Below the pieces are notes generated by a model that saw only the letters and a program-made list of their open reading frames with translations, did no database searches and was not told where the DNA came from. Below, in pieces: positions 1-9,806 of a stretch of 48,255 nt of DNA (position 1 is its first letter; the number at the start of each line of letters is the position of its first letter). Both the position numbers and the translations under genes were made by a program. The stretch is from positions 1-48,255 of the forward strand of contig CAMYIF010000015.1 in NCBI GenBank assembly GCA_947258415.1, read 5' to 3'. The DNA is from an uncultured Pseudomonadales bacterium. Its GTDB lineage: Bacteria; Pseudomonadota; Gammaproteobacteria; Pseudomonadales; IMCC2047.

Positions 1-329
1 GACCCGACTTCGAAGTCCTCCCGGCTGATTTCCACAAAGCGTGTCTCGAGCCAGCCGCCGCGGCGTTTCTTGGTCCGACCGACGCCGAAATTCACGCTGT
101 TGGCGAGACCGGTGTTGAAGGCGGCGATAACCCGCTGGTCAATGCACCGCATACCGCCCGGATGGTAACCTCGGATACATGGGGGCACGGTTACAGCCGT
201 GAACAGGCCGCCTTCCCTGTCGCGTCGTTACACGATACCAAGTACTGGTCACCGGTCGCACGGGTTGATAATGTCTACGGAGATCGAAACCTGATTTGTT
301 CCTGCCCATTAATTACTGACTACGAATAG
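1..329 (+). CDS. gcvP: glycine dehydrogenase (decarboxylating) GcvP, C-terminal fragment; 5' end outside window
   Basis: Frame 3 is open from the window edge to TAG at 327-329. It translates to ...[53 protein letters not shown], matching the conserved GcvP C-terminus (E. coli ..[30 protein letters not shown]..). It is absent from the ORF track because it has no start codon in the window. Confidence 0.85.
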   Translation, partial: PDFEVLPADFHKACLEPAAAAFLGPTDAEIHAVGETGVEGGDNPLVNAPHTARMVTSDTWGHGYSREQAAFPVASLHDTKYWSPVARVDNVYGDRNLICSCPLITDYE

Positions 330-338
330 GAAATACGC

Positions 339-857
339 ATGAATGCTTTAATTGTATTAACCGTTATCAGTGATGATCGGCCGGGAATCGTGGAAATGTT
401 GTCAAATACGCTGGCTGAACACCAGGGTAACTGGATTGAAAGCAGTATGTTGTCGCTGGCAGGAAAATTTGCAGGCATTTTGCAGGCAAGTGTGCCCGAG
501 ACCCATGTTGATGCCCTGATTGCAGATTTACTTGCGTTGCAATCGTCCGGCTTGCAAATTATTGCCGAGCGCAGCTTCGCATCAGAGAATATCGATGATG
601 CCAGGGAATTTTCCCTGGAATTGATCGGCCAGGATCGCCCGGGCATTGTCAGGGATATTACCCGTATCCTGGCCAAACACGGGGTTAATGTTGTCGAGCT
701 TGATACCGAGTGCCAGAGCGCATCCATGTCCGGTGAGATGCTGTTCATGGCCAACGCCCGTTTAATTGTTCCTCCCGAGGCATCGATGGAGTTGTTGCAG
801 GAAGAGCTGGAAACTCTGGCAAACGAACTGATGGTCGACATCAACCTGGAGCAATGA
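339..857 (+). CDS. two-ACT-domain protein, GcvR-like (glycine cleavage system regulator family)
   Basis: 172 aa with two ACT-type repeats, each containing DRPGIV (VISDDRPGIVEML.., LIGQDRPGIVRDITRIL..). This is the same architecture as E. coli GcvR. The ATG lies 9 nt after the gcvP stop. Confidence 0.7.
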   Translation: MNALIVLTVISDDRPGIVEMLSNTLAEHQGNWIESSMLSLAGKFAGILQASVPETHVDALIADLLALQSSGLQIIAERSFASENIDDAREFSLELIGQDRPGIVRDITRILAKHGVNVVELDTECQSASMSGEMLFMANARLIVPPEASMELLQEELETLANELMVDINLEQ

Positions 858-1058
858 ACCATTCCTAACCTTGTTTGTGACCTGCTTTGTTCCGATTGAA
901 AATGCGATAATGTTCATGCTGCAGGTGCCTGGTTGCCTGCCTGTAAAACCGGCGCCGCCATTCTGCGTGCCCTGTAACCGGTAACTTTTCAGATCAAAGG
1001 GCAGCTCTGCCTGTCTAATCAGGTTATAGATAAATAAAAACTTTACTGGAGGGTAAAT

Positions 1059-2066
1059 ATGATCAGGTTGGCGATAAATGGATATGGTCGCATCGGCCGC
1101 GGTATAGTGCGTGCGCTGGAACAATCACAGCTGTACACAGACATGGAAATTGTTTGCATCAACGACCTCAGCGATTTTGACCTGCTGGCGCACCTTTCGC
1201 GTTACGATTCGACGCACGGGCCCTTTCGAGCCGATATTCATTTGCGCGATGACCGGCTGGTTATCAATAAGCGCGAAATCCGGTTAACCTCGATAGCGGA
1301 TATTGAAAAACTGCCATGGGAATCGCTCGGGATTGACCTTGTGCTGGAGTGTTCCGGCAAGTTTACCTCGAAAGCATTGGCTGCCGGGCATTTAACAGCA
1401 GGCGCCAAAAAAGTGCTGGTCAGCGCGCCGGTGAAGGATGCCGATGCAACAGTAGTATACGGAGTCAATCATCAAAGCCTGAATGCCGGGCATCGTATCG
1501 TTTCCAATGCTTCCTGCACGACCAACTGTCTGGCGCCTGTGGCCAAGGTGATAAACGATGCCGTTGGAATAAGATACGGCTTCATGAATACCATACACGC
1601 CTATACCAACGGCCAGGTGTTGCTCGACCAGGCCAATAAAGATCCCTACCGTTCGCGTGGTGCCGGGCAGTCGATGATCCCGACAAAAACCGGTGCGGCG
1701 TCTGCCGTAGGGCTGGTTTTGCCCGAACTCGAAGGCCGCCTGGACGGCATGGCGGTACGTGTCCCAACCGCCAATGTATCGATCGTCGATGCCTATTTTT
1801 GCCTGAAACGAAACAGCAGTATGGAAGAGATCAACGGACTACTCGAAACTGCTGCCGCCGGGTCGCTTAAAAATATAATGGGTTTTAATACCTTACCATT
1901 GGTGTCGGTCGATTTTCTCGGGAACCCGCTTTCCAGCATTGTCGATGCGCAACATACCCGCGTGTATGAAGATCATGCCAAGGTAATGAGCTGGTACGAC
2001 AACGAATGGGGTTTTGCCAACCGTATGCTGGATACCGCGGCGTATATGCATAGCCTCCGAAACTAG
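1059..2066 (+). CDS. gap: type I glyceraldehyde-3-phosphate dehydrogenase
   Basis: INGYGRIGR NAD-binding motif, catalytic SNASCTTNCLAP, HAYTNGQ, IPTKTGAASAVGLVLPEL, and a C-terminal YDNEWGFANRMLDT. GGAGGG Shine-Dalgarno upstream of the ATG. Confidence 0.9.
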   Translation: MIRLAINGYGRIGRGIVRALEQSQLYTDMEIVCINDLSDFDLLAHLSRYDSTHGPFRADIHLRDDRLVINKREIRLTSIADIEKLPWESLGIDLVLECSGKFTSKALAAGHLTAGAKKVLVSAPVKDADATVVYGVNHQSLNAGHRIVSNASCTTNCLAPVAKVINDAVGIRYGFMNTIHAYTNGQVLLDQANKDPYRSRGAGQSMIPTKTGAASAVGLVLPELEGRLDGMAVRVPTANVSIVDAYFCLKRNSSMEEINGLLETAAAGSLKNIMGFNTLPLVSVDFLGNPLSSIVDAQHTRVYEDHAKVMSWYDNEWGFANRMLDTAAYMHSLRN

Positions 2067-2081
2067 CTTTCCGGTTTGTCG

Positions 2082-2954
2082 TTATTGACCAAACCCATAG
2101 TTGAGCAGCAAGCCAATAAAGATGATCAGGCCAACCCAGTGGTTGTGCAGGAATGCCTGGAAACAAAGATGACGAGCCCGGTCTTTTATCAGGTACTGAT
2201 GGTAACTGAAAACCAGCAATACGCAGCATAAGCTAAAATAAAACCAGTGGTTCAGGTTCAACCGTATGCTGAGCACTACAAAGATCAACAGCATCAGCAT
2301 CTGCAGGGCAAAAATAATTACCTTGTCTGCGTCACCGAAAAGGATCGCGGTGGACTTTACCCCGATTTTCAGGTCATCTTCCCGGTCGACCATGGCGTAG
2401 ATGGTGTCGTAGGCAACGGTCCAGATTAAATTGGCCGAGTAAATCAACCAGACATAAGGCGGTACCGACCCCGTTTGTGCCGCAAATGCCATGGGTATGC
2501 TCATGGAAAAGGCGGCGCCGAGGACTACCTGGGGCAGGTAGGTATAACGTTTCATGAACGGATACGTCGACGCAAGCACCAGGGCGATCACTGCCAGGCT
2601 AATGGTCAGCATGTTGGTTAACAGCACCAGGAAAAAGGCCAGGCTGATCAACATGCAGAAAAGTGACAGCGCCTCCAGGGTTGATATTTTCCCGGTTGCC
2701 AGCGGCCGGTCTTTGGTCCTTTCGACAAGCGCGTCAATCTTGCGGTCGGCAAAATCGTTAATGATACAGCCGGCAGCGCGCATCATGACGACGCCCAATA
2801 CAAAAATAAGGAATACACGCTCATCGGGGAAGCCTTCGGCGGCGATCCACAGGGCCCAAAGCGTTGGCCAAAGTAACAGGTAGGTGCCAATAGGTTTGTC
2901 GAAACGCATCAGGCGACCGTAATCGGCAAGTTGGGCTGTCAAAGTAGAAATCAT
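2082..2954 (-). CDS. ubiA: 4-hydroxybenzoate polyprenyltransferase
   Basis: 290-aa polytopic membrane protein with the UbiA motif NDFADRKIDALVERTKDRPLATG and a second Asp-rich motif YAMVDREDD. It lies downstream of ubiC, as in other gammaproteobacteria. Confidence 0.93.
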   Translation of the reverse strand: MISTLTAQLADYGRLMRFDKPIGTYLLLWPTLWALWIAAEGFPDERVFLIFVLGVVMMRAAGCIINDFADRKIDALVERTKDRPLATGKISTLEALSLFCMLISLAFFLVLLTNMLTISLAVIALVLASTYPFMKRYTYLPQVVLGAAFSMSIPMAFAAQTGSVPPYVWLIYSANLIWTVAYDTIYAMVDREDDLKIGVKSTAILFGDADKVIIFALQMLMLLIFVVLSIRLNLNHWFYFSLCCVLLVFSYHQYLIKDRARHLCFQAFLHNHWVGLIIFIGLLLNYGFGQ

Positions 2955-3004
2955 GGTTTATAAGGCAACGGTTTATCGGGCAAAAGTGATGTTCGCAGAA
3001 TTGA

Positions 3005-3586
3005 TTATAGTTTAGATAATTTTGTTTGTTGTGCGTGTTTTTCCAGTGTCGGCAGAAAAATTTCGGCTACAAGAATCGGTTTGTTTTTCAAAAAAAACAG
3101 TGAGCGTCTACCCCATACCGGTTTGTTGCAGGGAATTTTAGTGCGTTTTTCAATGCTTGCACCATCAAGCACTGCAACTTCAAACAAGGTCCGGCGCATG
3201 CTTGGATCCTTGAACAGCATGTCACCGAGCGGGCGGGTGTCCAGGTTTTTTAGCCAGCGCAGTGGCCCGGTTAGTGTTTCCAGCGGAAATACGCTGCGTG
3301 CGTAGACCCAGGGTTCACCGCGACAAACCAGTATGACTTCGCGAATAATCGCCAGTTGACGGGGCTTAATGTTAAGGCGCCGTGCCTCGTGCAGGAAGGG
3401 TCGTCCCCAACCCTGTTTAAGTTTGACAACTCGAAAGTCACCTTCGCTGGCTGTTATCAGTCGCTTGGTCAATGAACCCTGATCAAGCAGCCAGTCACGC
3501 CATGTCGCATTGGCACCAAATAACAGGTTGCGCCGATAGTGGTGCCACTGATTTAACGCGCGTTGTCGAGGTGGTTTCAAGGTCAA
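3005..3586 (-). CDS. ubiC: chorismate pyruvate-lyase
   Basis: 193 aa directly upstream of ubiA on the same strand. UbiC-like pattern (..GSLTKRL.., REVILVCRGEPWVYARSVFP, LG..LF). The longest ORF starts at TTG, so the start is uncertain. Confidence 0.75.
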   Translation of the reverse strand: MTLKPPRQRALNQWHHYRRNLLFGANATWRDWLLDQGSLTKRLITASEGDFRVVKLKQGWGRPFLHEARRLNIKPRQLAIIREVILVCRGEPWVYARSVFPLETLTGPLRWLKNLDTRPLGDMLFKDPSMRRTLFEVAVLDGASIEKRTKIPCNKPVWGRRSLFFLKNKPILVAEIFLPTLEKHAQQTKLSKL

Positions 3587-3748
3587 TACGAATCAGGGTC
3601 AGGTAACAGGATGAAGCATTATAGTTTGGGCACCCGTGAATGTCTTGCACAGAAAAGAGATAGGCAAGCATGAAATAATGAATTAAAAAATGATGTCGTT
3701 ACTAGGGATCGGGTTGGGTTGGAACAACAGCCGGTTTCGGGTGAGTTT

Positions 3749-5146
3749 TTACGAGGAGAAGATGCCGATCATCGCGTCGATATCGCTTGAAGATTCCATG
3801 ATTGATTCAATGGCTGCTTCGGCATCACCCGGTTGCAGGTTCAGGCGTTCATAAAGGTGTGCCGGTATAACCTCGAAGGGCAGGTCACCGATCCCACGTG
3901 CTGCGAGCAGCCTTTTAGCCAGCAGGCAAAGGTTGGCGTACTGGAAATAATCACCGCTGTATTCGGCTGCCAATTGAAAACGAAGCGCAGTACAGACGGA
4001 TTCCGGTAAATTCCAGGCCTTCATAAGCTGGCTGCAAATTTGATGACGGCACAGGCCCAGCAGGTATTGCTCGACGTACATGGGATTCAGATGCCGATTG
4101 ACCTTGATATAACGACAAATGACAGAAAAATGCGTGGGAAAAACGTGTGCCAGAATCAAGTAGCCAAAGTTATTAAGCAGTCCGGACAAATAGGCCAGCC
4201 CGGGAGCGACTCTGTGTTTGGATGGAATGGCACGGTTAAGTTTATCCATGGTCAATGCGGTGTATATCGATTGTTTCCAGAAAACCTCGACGCTGTCAGT
4301 TTGCTCTGCAGGTATTTTCAGGCTTTTGCCCAGGGCCAGACCCATTGCCAGGTTCAAAACCAGATTAAATCCCAACACCCTTACGATGGCATCATGGATG
4401 GAAGTTATATTGCCTGGTGCCAAATAATAGGGTGAAGCGGCCCAGCCGACAATTTGTGCGGATAAACTGGGATCAAGCTCAATGATTTTAACCAGTTCTT
4501 CCGCGTCAGCATCTGTTTTGGCGGCCAGGCTGATAATATTTTGCGCTGTTCTTGAAAGCGGGGGTATTTCCAGGGTTTCAGTCAAGCGCCGCTGGATTTG
4601 CAGAGAGGTATACTTCCTGATCACGTAGTGAATATTTTCGATGTCATGTTCAGAGCTGGATAGTTCGGGTGTTGTCCTGCTCAGCGGGATACCGAATGCC
4701 AATACTTCGGCCTCATCAATCAGGTTTTTAAAGGAATGGCCGGGTATTTTTAAAACCTGGTCAACCCGCCCCGAATGCATATAAATTTCTTTGGCGTCCA
4801 GCACGCCCTTGTCAACCAGGGCCCTGTCACCCGTTAGTTGCGGAATGGCTGGCAAGGTATCCAGGTGTTTTTGTTGCATGAATTTTTTGGTTGTCTCGCT
4901 GGACACCGCATGCAGGTCCGGGCCGCAATGCTCGGACAACGCGTCTATGTCAACCAGCACATTTGCCGAATGGATTAGTTGCAGCTTCCCGTTCGTATCG
5001 GAAACCGGCGTTATTAGTACAAACTGAGCGTCCGGGCTTTCCTGATCGTGCAAGCGTGCCATCAGCATGTCAGGATCGCGCGGTTCTATCTCGTAGGTAA
5101 CGTCTTTTTTGTCAAGCAGGTTAATAATGTGTGCCGGAATATTCAA
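3749..5146 (-). CDS. HDOD domain protein with N-terminal YbaK/aminoacyl-tRNA-deacylase-like domain
   Basis: 465 aa. Residues approx 195-400 show the HDOD pattern (IPPLSRTAQNIISLAAKTDADAEELVKIIELDPSLSAQIVGWAASPYY..IHDAIVRVLGFNLVLNLAMGLALGK). The N-terminal approx 165 aa resemble the YbaK/ProX editing fold; this is inference by eye. TTG start preceded by AAGGATAAAGG. Confidence 0.75.
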   Translation of the reverse strand: MNIPAHIINLLDKKDVTYEIEPRDPDMLMARLHDQESPDAQFVLITPVSDTNGKLQLIHSANVLVDIDALSEHCGPDLHAVSSETTKKFMQQKHLDTLPAIPQLTGDRALVDKGVLDAKEIYMHSGRVDQVLKIPGHSFKNLIDEAEVLAFGIPLSRTTPELSSSEHDIENIHYVIRKYTSLQIQRRLTETLEIPPLSRTAQNIISLAAKTDADAEELVKIIELDPSLSAQIVGWAASPYYLAPGNITSIHDAIVRVLGFNLVLNLAMGLALGKSLKIPAEQTDSVEVFWKQSIYTALTMDKLNRAIPSKHRVAPGLAYLSGLLNNFGYLILAHVFPTHFSVICRYIKVNRHLNPMYVEQYLLGLCRHQICSQLMKAWNLPESVCTALRFQLAAEYSGDYFQYANLCLLAKRLLAARGIGDLPFEVIPAHLYERLNLQPGDAEAAIESIMESSSDIDAMIGIFSS

Positions 5147-5269
5147 TAAGGGCGCCTTTATCCTTTGGTTAAATATAAACCGGGAATGTTACCGCTATTT
5201 TGTAATTCCCTTTGCCGGGTAAGTGTAGACAATAAAATGTTATAAAGCACTGATTGCCGTGTAAATATT

Positions 5270-7375
5270 CTATACCTGCCGGTATTCCTGGTACGAGCCG
5301 AGCCAGCGTTCGAGCAAAGGTTTGACCAGCCCGGGATGAAGGCTGATAATTTTTTCCGCACAGGTTCGCGCCTTGGGGAATAGCGCCTGGTCTCGCTCAT
5401 AGTCGGCCATTTTAAATTGCATTACACCGGTTTGGCGCGTACCCAGAAACTCGCCCGGTCCACGTAGTTCAAGGTCTTTTTCGGCAACCACAAAGCCGTC
5501 ATTCGAGTCTCTAAGGACGGACAGGCGTTGTTTTATCGGGTCTGTTAAAGGAGCTCTGTACATCAACAGGCAGTAGCTTTGTTGTTTGCCGCGGCCAACC
5601 CGGCCTCGTAGCTGGTGCAACTGGGCCAGGCCCAGTCGTTCCGGGTTTTCGATAACCATCAGGCTTGCTCCGGGTACATCGACACCGACCTCTATCACTG
5701 TTGTAGCAACCAGGAGTTGAATATTCCCTTGCTTGAAATCTTCCATTATGGCTGTTTTTTGGTGGCCGCTTAAACGGCCATGTATCAGGCCTACTGGCAG
5801 GTCCGGCAGCCTGGATCTCAAATCATCCGCCGTTGCTTCAGCGGCCTGGCATTGCAAGGCTTCTGATTCCTCGATCAGGGTGCAGACCCAGTAAGCCTGT
5901 TTCCCCTCGCGGCATGCAAGGTGTATTCGGTCGATGACTTCGTTTCGACGTTGATCTCCGATTACTATGGTCTGCACGGGTGAACGACCCGGGGGTAATT
6001 CATCGATTACCGAAAAATCCAGGTCTGCGTAGGCGCACATGGCCAGCGTGCGGGGGATTGGTGTCGCCGTCATGATCAACTGGTGAGGCCGCTGGCCGGC
6101 ATCCGATCCCTTGTTGTGCAGGCTCAGCCGCTGGTGAACGCCGAAGCGGTGTTGCTCGTCAATAACGCATAATCCCAGGCGACTGAAGCTGACATCCTTC
6201 TGGAACAGCGCGTGTGTACCTATGATGATTTGTGCCTGCCCGCTGTTAATTTTCTCCAGCTGTTGACGCCTGCTTTTTAGACTCATCTTGCCTGTCAGGC
6301 AGGTGGGATGAATACCCAGCGATTCAAACCAGCGGGTAAAATTGACCATATGTTGGCGGGCAAGAATCTCGGTAGGCACCATGATGGCTGCCTGGTAGCC
6401 GGACTCTGTCGCGTGCAGAACTGCCAGCGCAGCGACCACGGTTTTACCCGAACCGACATCCCCCTGCATAAGGCGCAGCATGGGTTTTTCACGGGATAAG
6501 TCCGTGGCTATTTCCCTTGATACCCTCTGTTGTGCACTCGTCAGTTCAAACCCGAGTGACTGCAAAAACCCGGTCCTGCGCTCCTCGGGCAACATCATCA
6601 CGGGCGCCTTGTCTACCTGTACCTGGCTGCGCAAATGTAGCAGGCTGACATGGTGAGCGACCAGCTCCTCGTAGGCCAACTGGCGCTGTGCCGGGTGACA
6701 CCCTTGCCCAAGCAAGGCTATATCGGCATCCGATATGTTTGCAGGTGGTGCATGCAGAAATTGTAAAGTACTCAATATGTCAGCCTGGCCATTGGGGCTT
6801 GCCAGATTCGCCGGCAATAGCCGCGGGAATCCTTGCGAATCAGCAGTGAGAGCCAGCGCCTGCGAAATCAGGTCGCGTACCTTTTTTTGGCTTAACCCGT
6901 CCGTGGTGGGATAGACTGGAGTTAGCGTTTGTTGCAGCGCTGTCGGCGAGTTTTGGTGAATAATTTGATATTCGGGGTGATACAGTTCGAAGCCGGTTGC
7001 TCCCCGGCGAACTTCACCAAAACACCGAATTTTGACACCCTTGTACAGGTTGTTTTTTTGCGCCTGGGTATAGTAAAAAAAACGCAGGCTGACGAAGCCG
7101 GTACCATCTTCGATTCTGCATAACAAACTTCGGCGTCGACCCCGGACGATATCGGCAATCACGACATGTCCCTCAATCAGCACGTCGGTTCCCTCCTGCA
7201 GTGCGCCAATGGGTGTAACCCGGGTTCGGTTCTGGTAGCGAGATGGGAGATGGAAAACAAGGTCTTGCACGTTATTTATATGCAGTTTTTGTAACCGTTC
7301 GATGGTACGGGGTCCTGCGCCCTTGAGTTGATCCAGGGTTATCTGTCTTGTGGCCGACGCAGATGGGGATGTCAT
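5270..7375 (-). CDS. recG: ATP-dependent DNA helicase RecG
   Basis: Wedge domain plus SF2 helicase: Walker A GDVGSGKT, DEQHRFG box, QLHQLRGRVGRG motif VI. The track ORF begins at TTG (7381). An in-frame ATG two codons later (7375) is preferred. Confidence 0.95.
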   Translation of the reverse strand: MTSPSASATRQITLDQLKGAGPRTIERLQKLHINNVQDLVFHLPSRYQNRTRVTPIGALQEGTDVLIEGHVVIADIVRGRRRSLLCRIEDGTGFVSLRFFYYTQAQKNNLYKGVKIRCFGEVRRGATGFELYHPEYQIIHQNSPTALQQTLTPVYPTTDGLSQKKVRDLISQALALTADSQGFPRLLPANLASPNGQADILSTLQFLHAPPANISDADIALLGQGCHPAQRQLAYEELVAHHVSLLHLRSQVQVDKAPVMMLPEERRTGFLQSLGFELTSAQQRVSREIATDLSREKPMLRLMQGDVGSGKTVVAALAVLHATESGYQAAIMVPTEILARQHMVNFTRWFESLGIHPTCLTGKMSLKSRRQQLEKINSGQAQIIIGTHALFQKDVSFSRLGLCVIDEQHRFGVHQRLSLHNKGSDAGQRPHQLIMTATPIPRTLAMCAYADLDFSVIDELPPGRSPVQTIVIGDQRRNEVIDRIHLACREGKQAYWVCTLIEESEALQCQAAEATADDLRSRLPDLPVGLIHGRLSGHQKTAIMEDFKQGNIQLLVATTVIEVGVDVPGASLMVIENPERLGLAQLHQLRGRVGRGKQQSYCLLMYRAPLTDPIKQRLSVLRDSNDGFVVAEKDLELRGPGEFLGTRQTGVMQFKMADYERDQALFPKARTCAEKIISLHPGLVKPLLERWLGSYQEYRQV

Positions 7376-7500
7376 GGGCAAGGATATCCCGATTCAAAGC
7401 CGTTCATGAGCAATATTCAGATTCCGGCCTTTGATCGTGGTTTGTGGCGCGATCAGGACCGGAATAGCCGGCTGTATAAATGGGCGGGTGGATAGGCTGT

Positions 7501-9621
7501 CTAGCTCCGCACCCTGGAAATGCGATTGACGGTATTGTTGTTGCGAATCCTGCGCATTACCCTGGCCAGGTGCAAACGATTTTTTATATAGATTTCAAGG
7601 TGAATCAGGCTTAGTTTTGCATCTCTTTCTTCTACGCTGATTTTATCAATATTAGCATCGGCAGCTGTCACCAATGCAGCAATCGTGGCTACATTACCGC
7701 GTTGATTCATTACTTCGATACGCAGGGCGACGCTAAACTCACCCTGAACGTCATCATCCCAGTGGACAAGAAGACACTTCTCCGGATTATTTCGAATATC
7801 CTTGATATTGCGGCAACTTTCCCGATGGATTACCAGGCCCTTGCCAATACTGAGGTGACCGATAATCGTTTCACCCGGGATCGGGTGACAACACTTGGCG
7901 AAGCTGACAACCATTCCTTCGGTGCCCTGGATTGAAAAACTCGAAGGTTGATGGGGCAGTCCTTTTTCCCGGAGCAATGGGTCGTTAGTGTTTACGCTCA
8001 ATAACCGGGCAACCGTGTAGGCCATTCTATCGCCTAGCCCGATATCGGTGAACAGGTGATCAAAGGATGCGCAACCCGTGTCCTTGAGTATCTGGTTTCT
8101 CTGGCTGGGTGTAAGGTTGTCAACGCTGGTATTCAGGTCAAGCAGCGCCTTGTTGAGCAGGCGTTGGCCCAGATCGCACGCTTCTGATTGCTGTTGATGT
8201 TTTAAAAAATGCCGAATACCGGATCGGGCTTTACCGGTAATTACAAAATTAAGCCAGGCCAGGTTAGGGCGAGCGCTCGGGGCGGTTATAATTTCGACTG
8301 TTTGCCCGCTGATTAGCGGTGTGCTCAAGGGTGCGAGACGACGGTTAATCCGGCAGGCAACACAGCTGTTACCGATGTCTGTATGTACCGCGTAAGCAAA
8401 ATCAACCGAAGTAGCACCAACGGGTAATTCAAGAATCTTGCCCTTGGGTGTGAAAACGTAAACCTCGTGCGGGAAAAGTTCGGTTTTAACATTTTCAATA
8501 AATTCCAGCGAGTTACCCGCGCGTTGTTGCATCTCCAGCAAGTCCTGCACCCACTGCCTGGCCCGAACGTGGCTGCGGTGGGTCGATTCGTTGCTCTTGT
8601 AAAGCCAATGCGCGGCGATACCATTGTTGGCCATTTCTTCCATGTCCTCGGTGCGAATCTGTATTTCGATGGGCACGCCGTGCATGCCGAACAAGGTAGT
8701 ATGTAACGATTGGTAACCGTTGGCTTTGGGAATGGCAATATAGTCCTTGAAGCGTCCTTCAACCGGTTTGTAGAGATTGTGGACGGCACCCAGGATACGG
8801 TAACAGTTATCCACAGAGTCGGTCACCATGCGGAATGCGTAAACATCCATAATTTCGTTAAACGATTTATTTTGCGCCCGCATTTTCTGGTAAATGCTGT
8901 TGATATGTTTTTCACGGCCAATCACCCTTCCAGGCAGTCCTTCCTCCTTCAGGTAATCAACCAGCGCGGTCTGAATCTGGGAAACTATTTCCTTGCGGTT
9001 GCCACGGGCTCGCTTTACGGCGCGGGTTATTCGTTCCGAGCGCATCGGGTAGAGTGCTTTAAAACCCAGCTCTTCGAGTTCGACCCTGACGTTATTCATG
9101 CCCAGTCGGTTGGCAATAGGCGCGTACAAATCCAGGGTTTCACGGGCAATGCGACGGCGTTTTTCCGGGCTGAGTACACCGAGCGTTCGCATATTGTGCA
9201 GGCGATCGGCAAGCTTGATCAGTATCACCCGGATATCTTCGGCCATGGCCAGTGCCATTTTTTGGAAATTCTGCGCTTGCGCCTCGGCTACCGTTTCAAA
9301 CTCAAGGTGGGTTAATTTACTGACACCGTCAACCAGGTCGGCAACGGTTTCATTAAACTGGGTGGTCAGGGCGGGTTTGCTGATACCCGTATCTTCGATA
9401 ACATCGTGCAGCATGGCGGCCATCAGGCTTTGATGGTCCATGCGCATATCGGCAAGTATGTTGGCTACGGCTAAAGGATGGGTAATATAAGGGTCGCCGG
9501 TTTGACGGAACTGCCCATCATGGGCCTGTTCTGCGTAATAGTAGGCGCGCCGCACCAGATTGACCTGATCCGGTTCGAGGTAGCCGTTTAATCGGGAAGC
9601 AAAATCTGTTATCGACAGCAA
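7501..9621 (-). CDS. spoT: bifunctional (p)ppGpp synthetase/hydrolase SpoT
   Basis: 706 aa with HD hydrolase motifs (HPLAVA.., HDVIEDT), RelA/SpoT synthetase core, TGS and C-terminal ACT region. Downstream of rpoZ, as in E. coli and Pseudomonas. TTG start without an obvious SD. Confidence 0.95.
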   Translation of the reverse strand: MLSITDFASRLNGYLEPDQVNLVRRAYYYAEQAHDGQFRQTGDPYITHPLAVANILADMRMDHQSLMAAMLHDVIEDTGISKPALTTQFNETVADLVDGVSKLTHLEFETVAEAQAQNFQKMALAMAEDIRVILIKLADRLHNMRTLGVLSPEKRRRIARETLDLYAPIANRLGMNNVRVELEELGFKALYPMRSERITRAVKRARGNRKEIVSQIQTALVDYLKEEGLPGRVIGREKHINSIYQKMRAQNKSFNEIMDVYAFRMVTDSVDNCYRILGAVHNLYKPVEGRFKDYIAIPKANGYQSLHTTLFGMHGVPIEIQIRTEDMEEMANNGIAAHWLYKSNESTHRSHVRARQWVQDLLEMQQRAGNSLEFIENVKTELFPHEVYVFTPKGKILELPVGATSVDFAYAVHTDIGNSCVACRINRRLAPLSTPLISGQTVEIITAPSARPNLAWLNFVITGKARSGIRHFLKHQQQSEACDLGQRLLNKALLDLNTSVDNLTPSQRNQILKDTGCASFDHLFTDIGLGDRMAYTVARLLSVNTNDPLLREKGLPHQPSSFSIQGTEGMVVSFAKCCHPIPGETIIGHLSIGKGLVIHRESCRNIKDIRNNPEKCLLVHWDDDVQGEFSVALRIEVMNQRGNVATIAALVTAADANIDKISVEERDAKLSLIHLEIYIKNRLHLARVMRRIRNNNTVNRISRVRS

Positions 9622-9806
9622 AGGTTAATCTATATCCATGATAAATAAGTAATTTAGCGAGCCATTTGACAACGCTATATGTCAAATTATCAAAGGAAAG
9701 AGAAACTTTCTAGGGGTTTAAGGCAGATTTTTTGTTTTAAGCCTTATTATCACAGGTACCCGGAAAGATACCTGTTGAGTTGCGGAGCACTGGCTTTGTG
9801 CAATCC

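Noticed and set aside
762-1124. 120-aa minus-strand ORF spanning the GcvR-like/gap intergenic region
   Set aside because: It overlaps both flanking genes' ends, has no SD or motif, and its composition looks random. The region is better explained as the gap promoter/leader.
8710-9315. 201-aa plus-strand ORF antisense to spoT. Similar long antisense ORFs occur at 14209-14715 (slmA), 23269-23742 (rsmD), 24600-25139 (ftsY), 32645-33214 (smrA/tfoX), 42579-43052 (hemX) and 46929-47450 (rho).
   Set aside because: Each lies entirely within a confidently identified gene on the other strand. Their translations are low-complexity, Arg/Ser/Cys-rich and have no recognisable motifs. This is the typical shadow-ORF behaviour.
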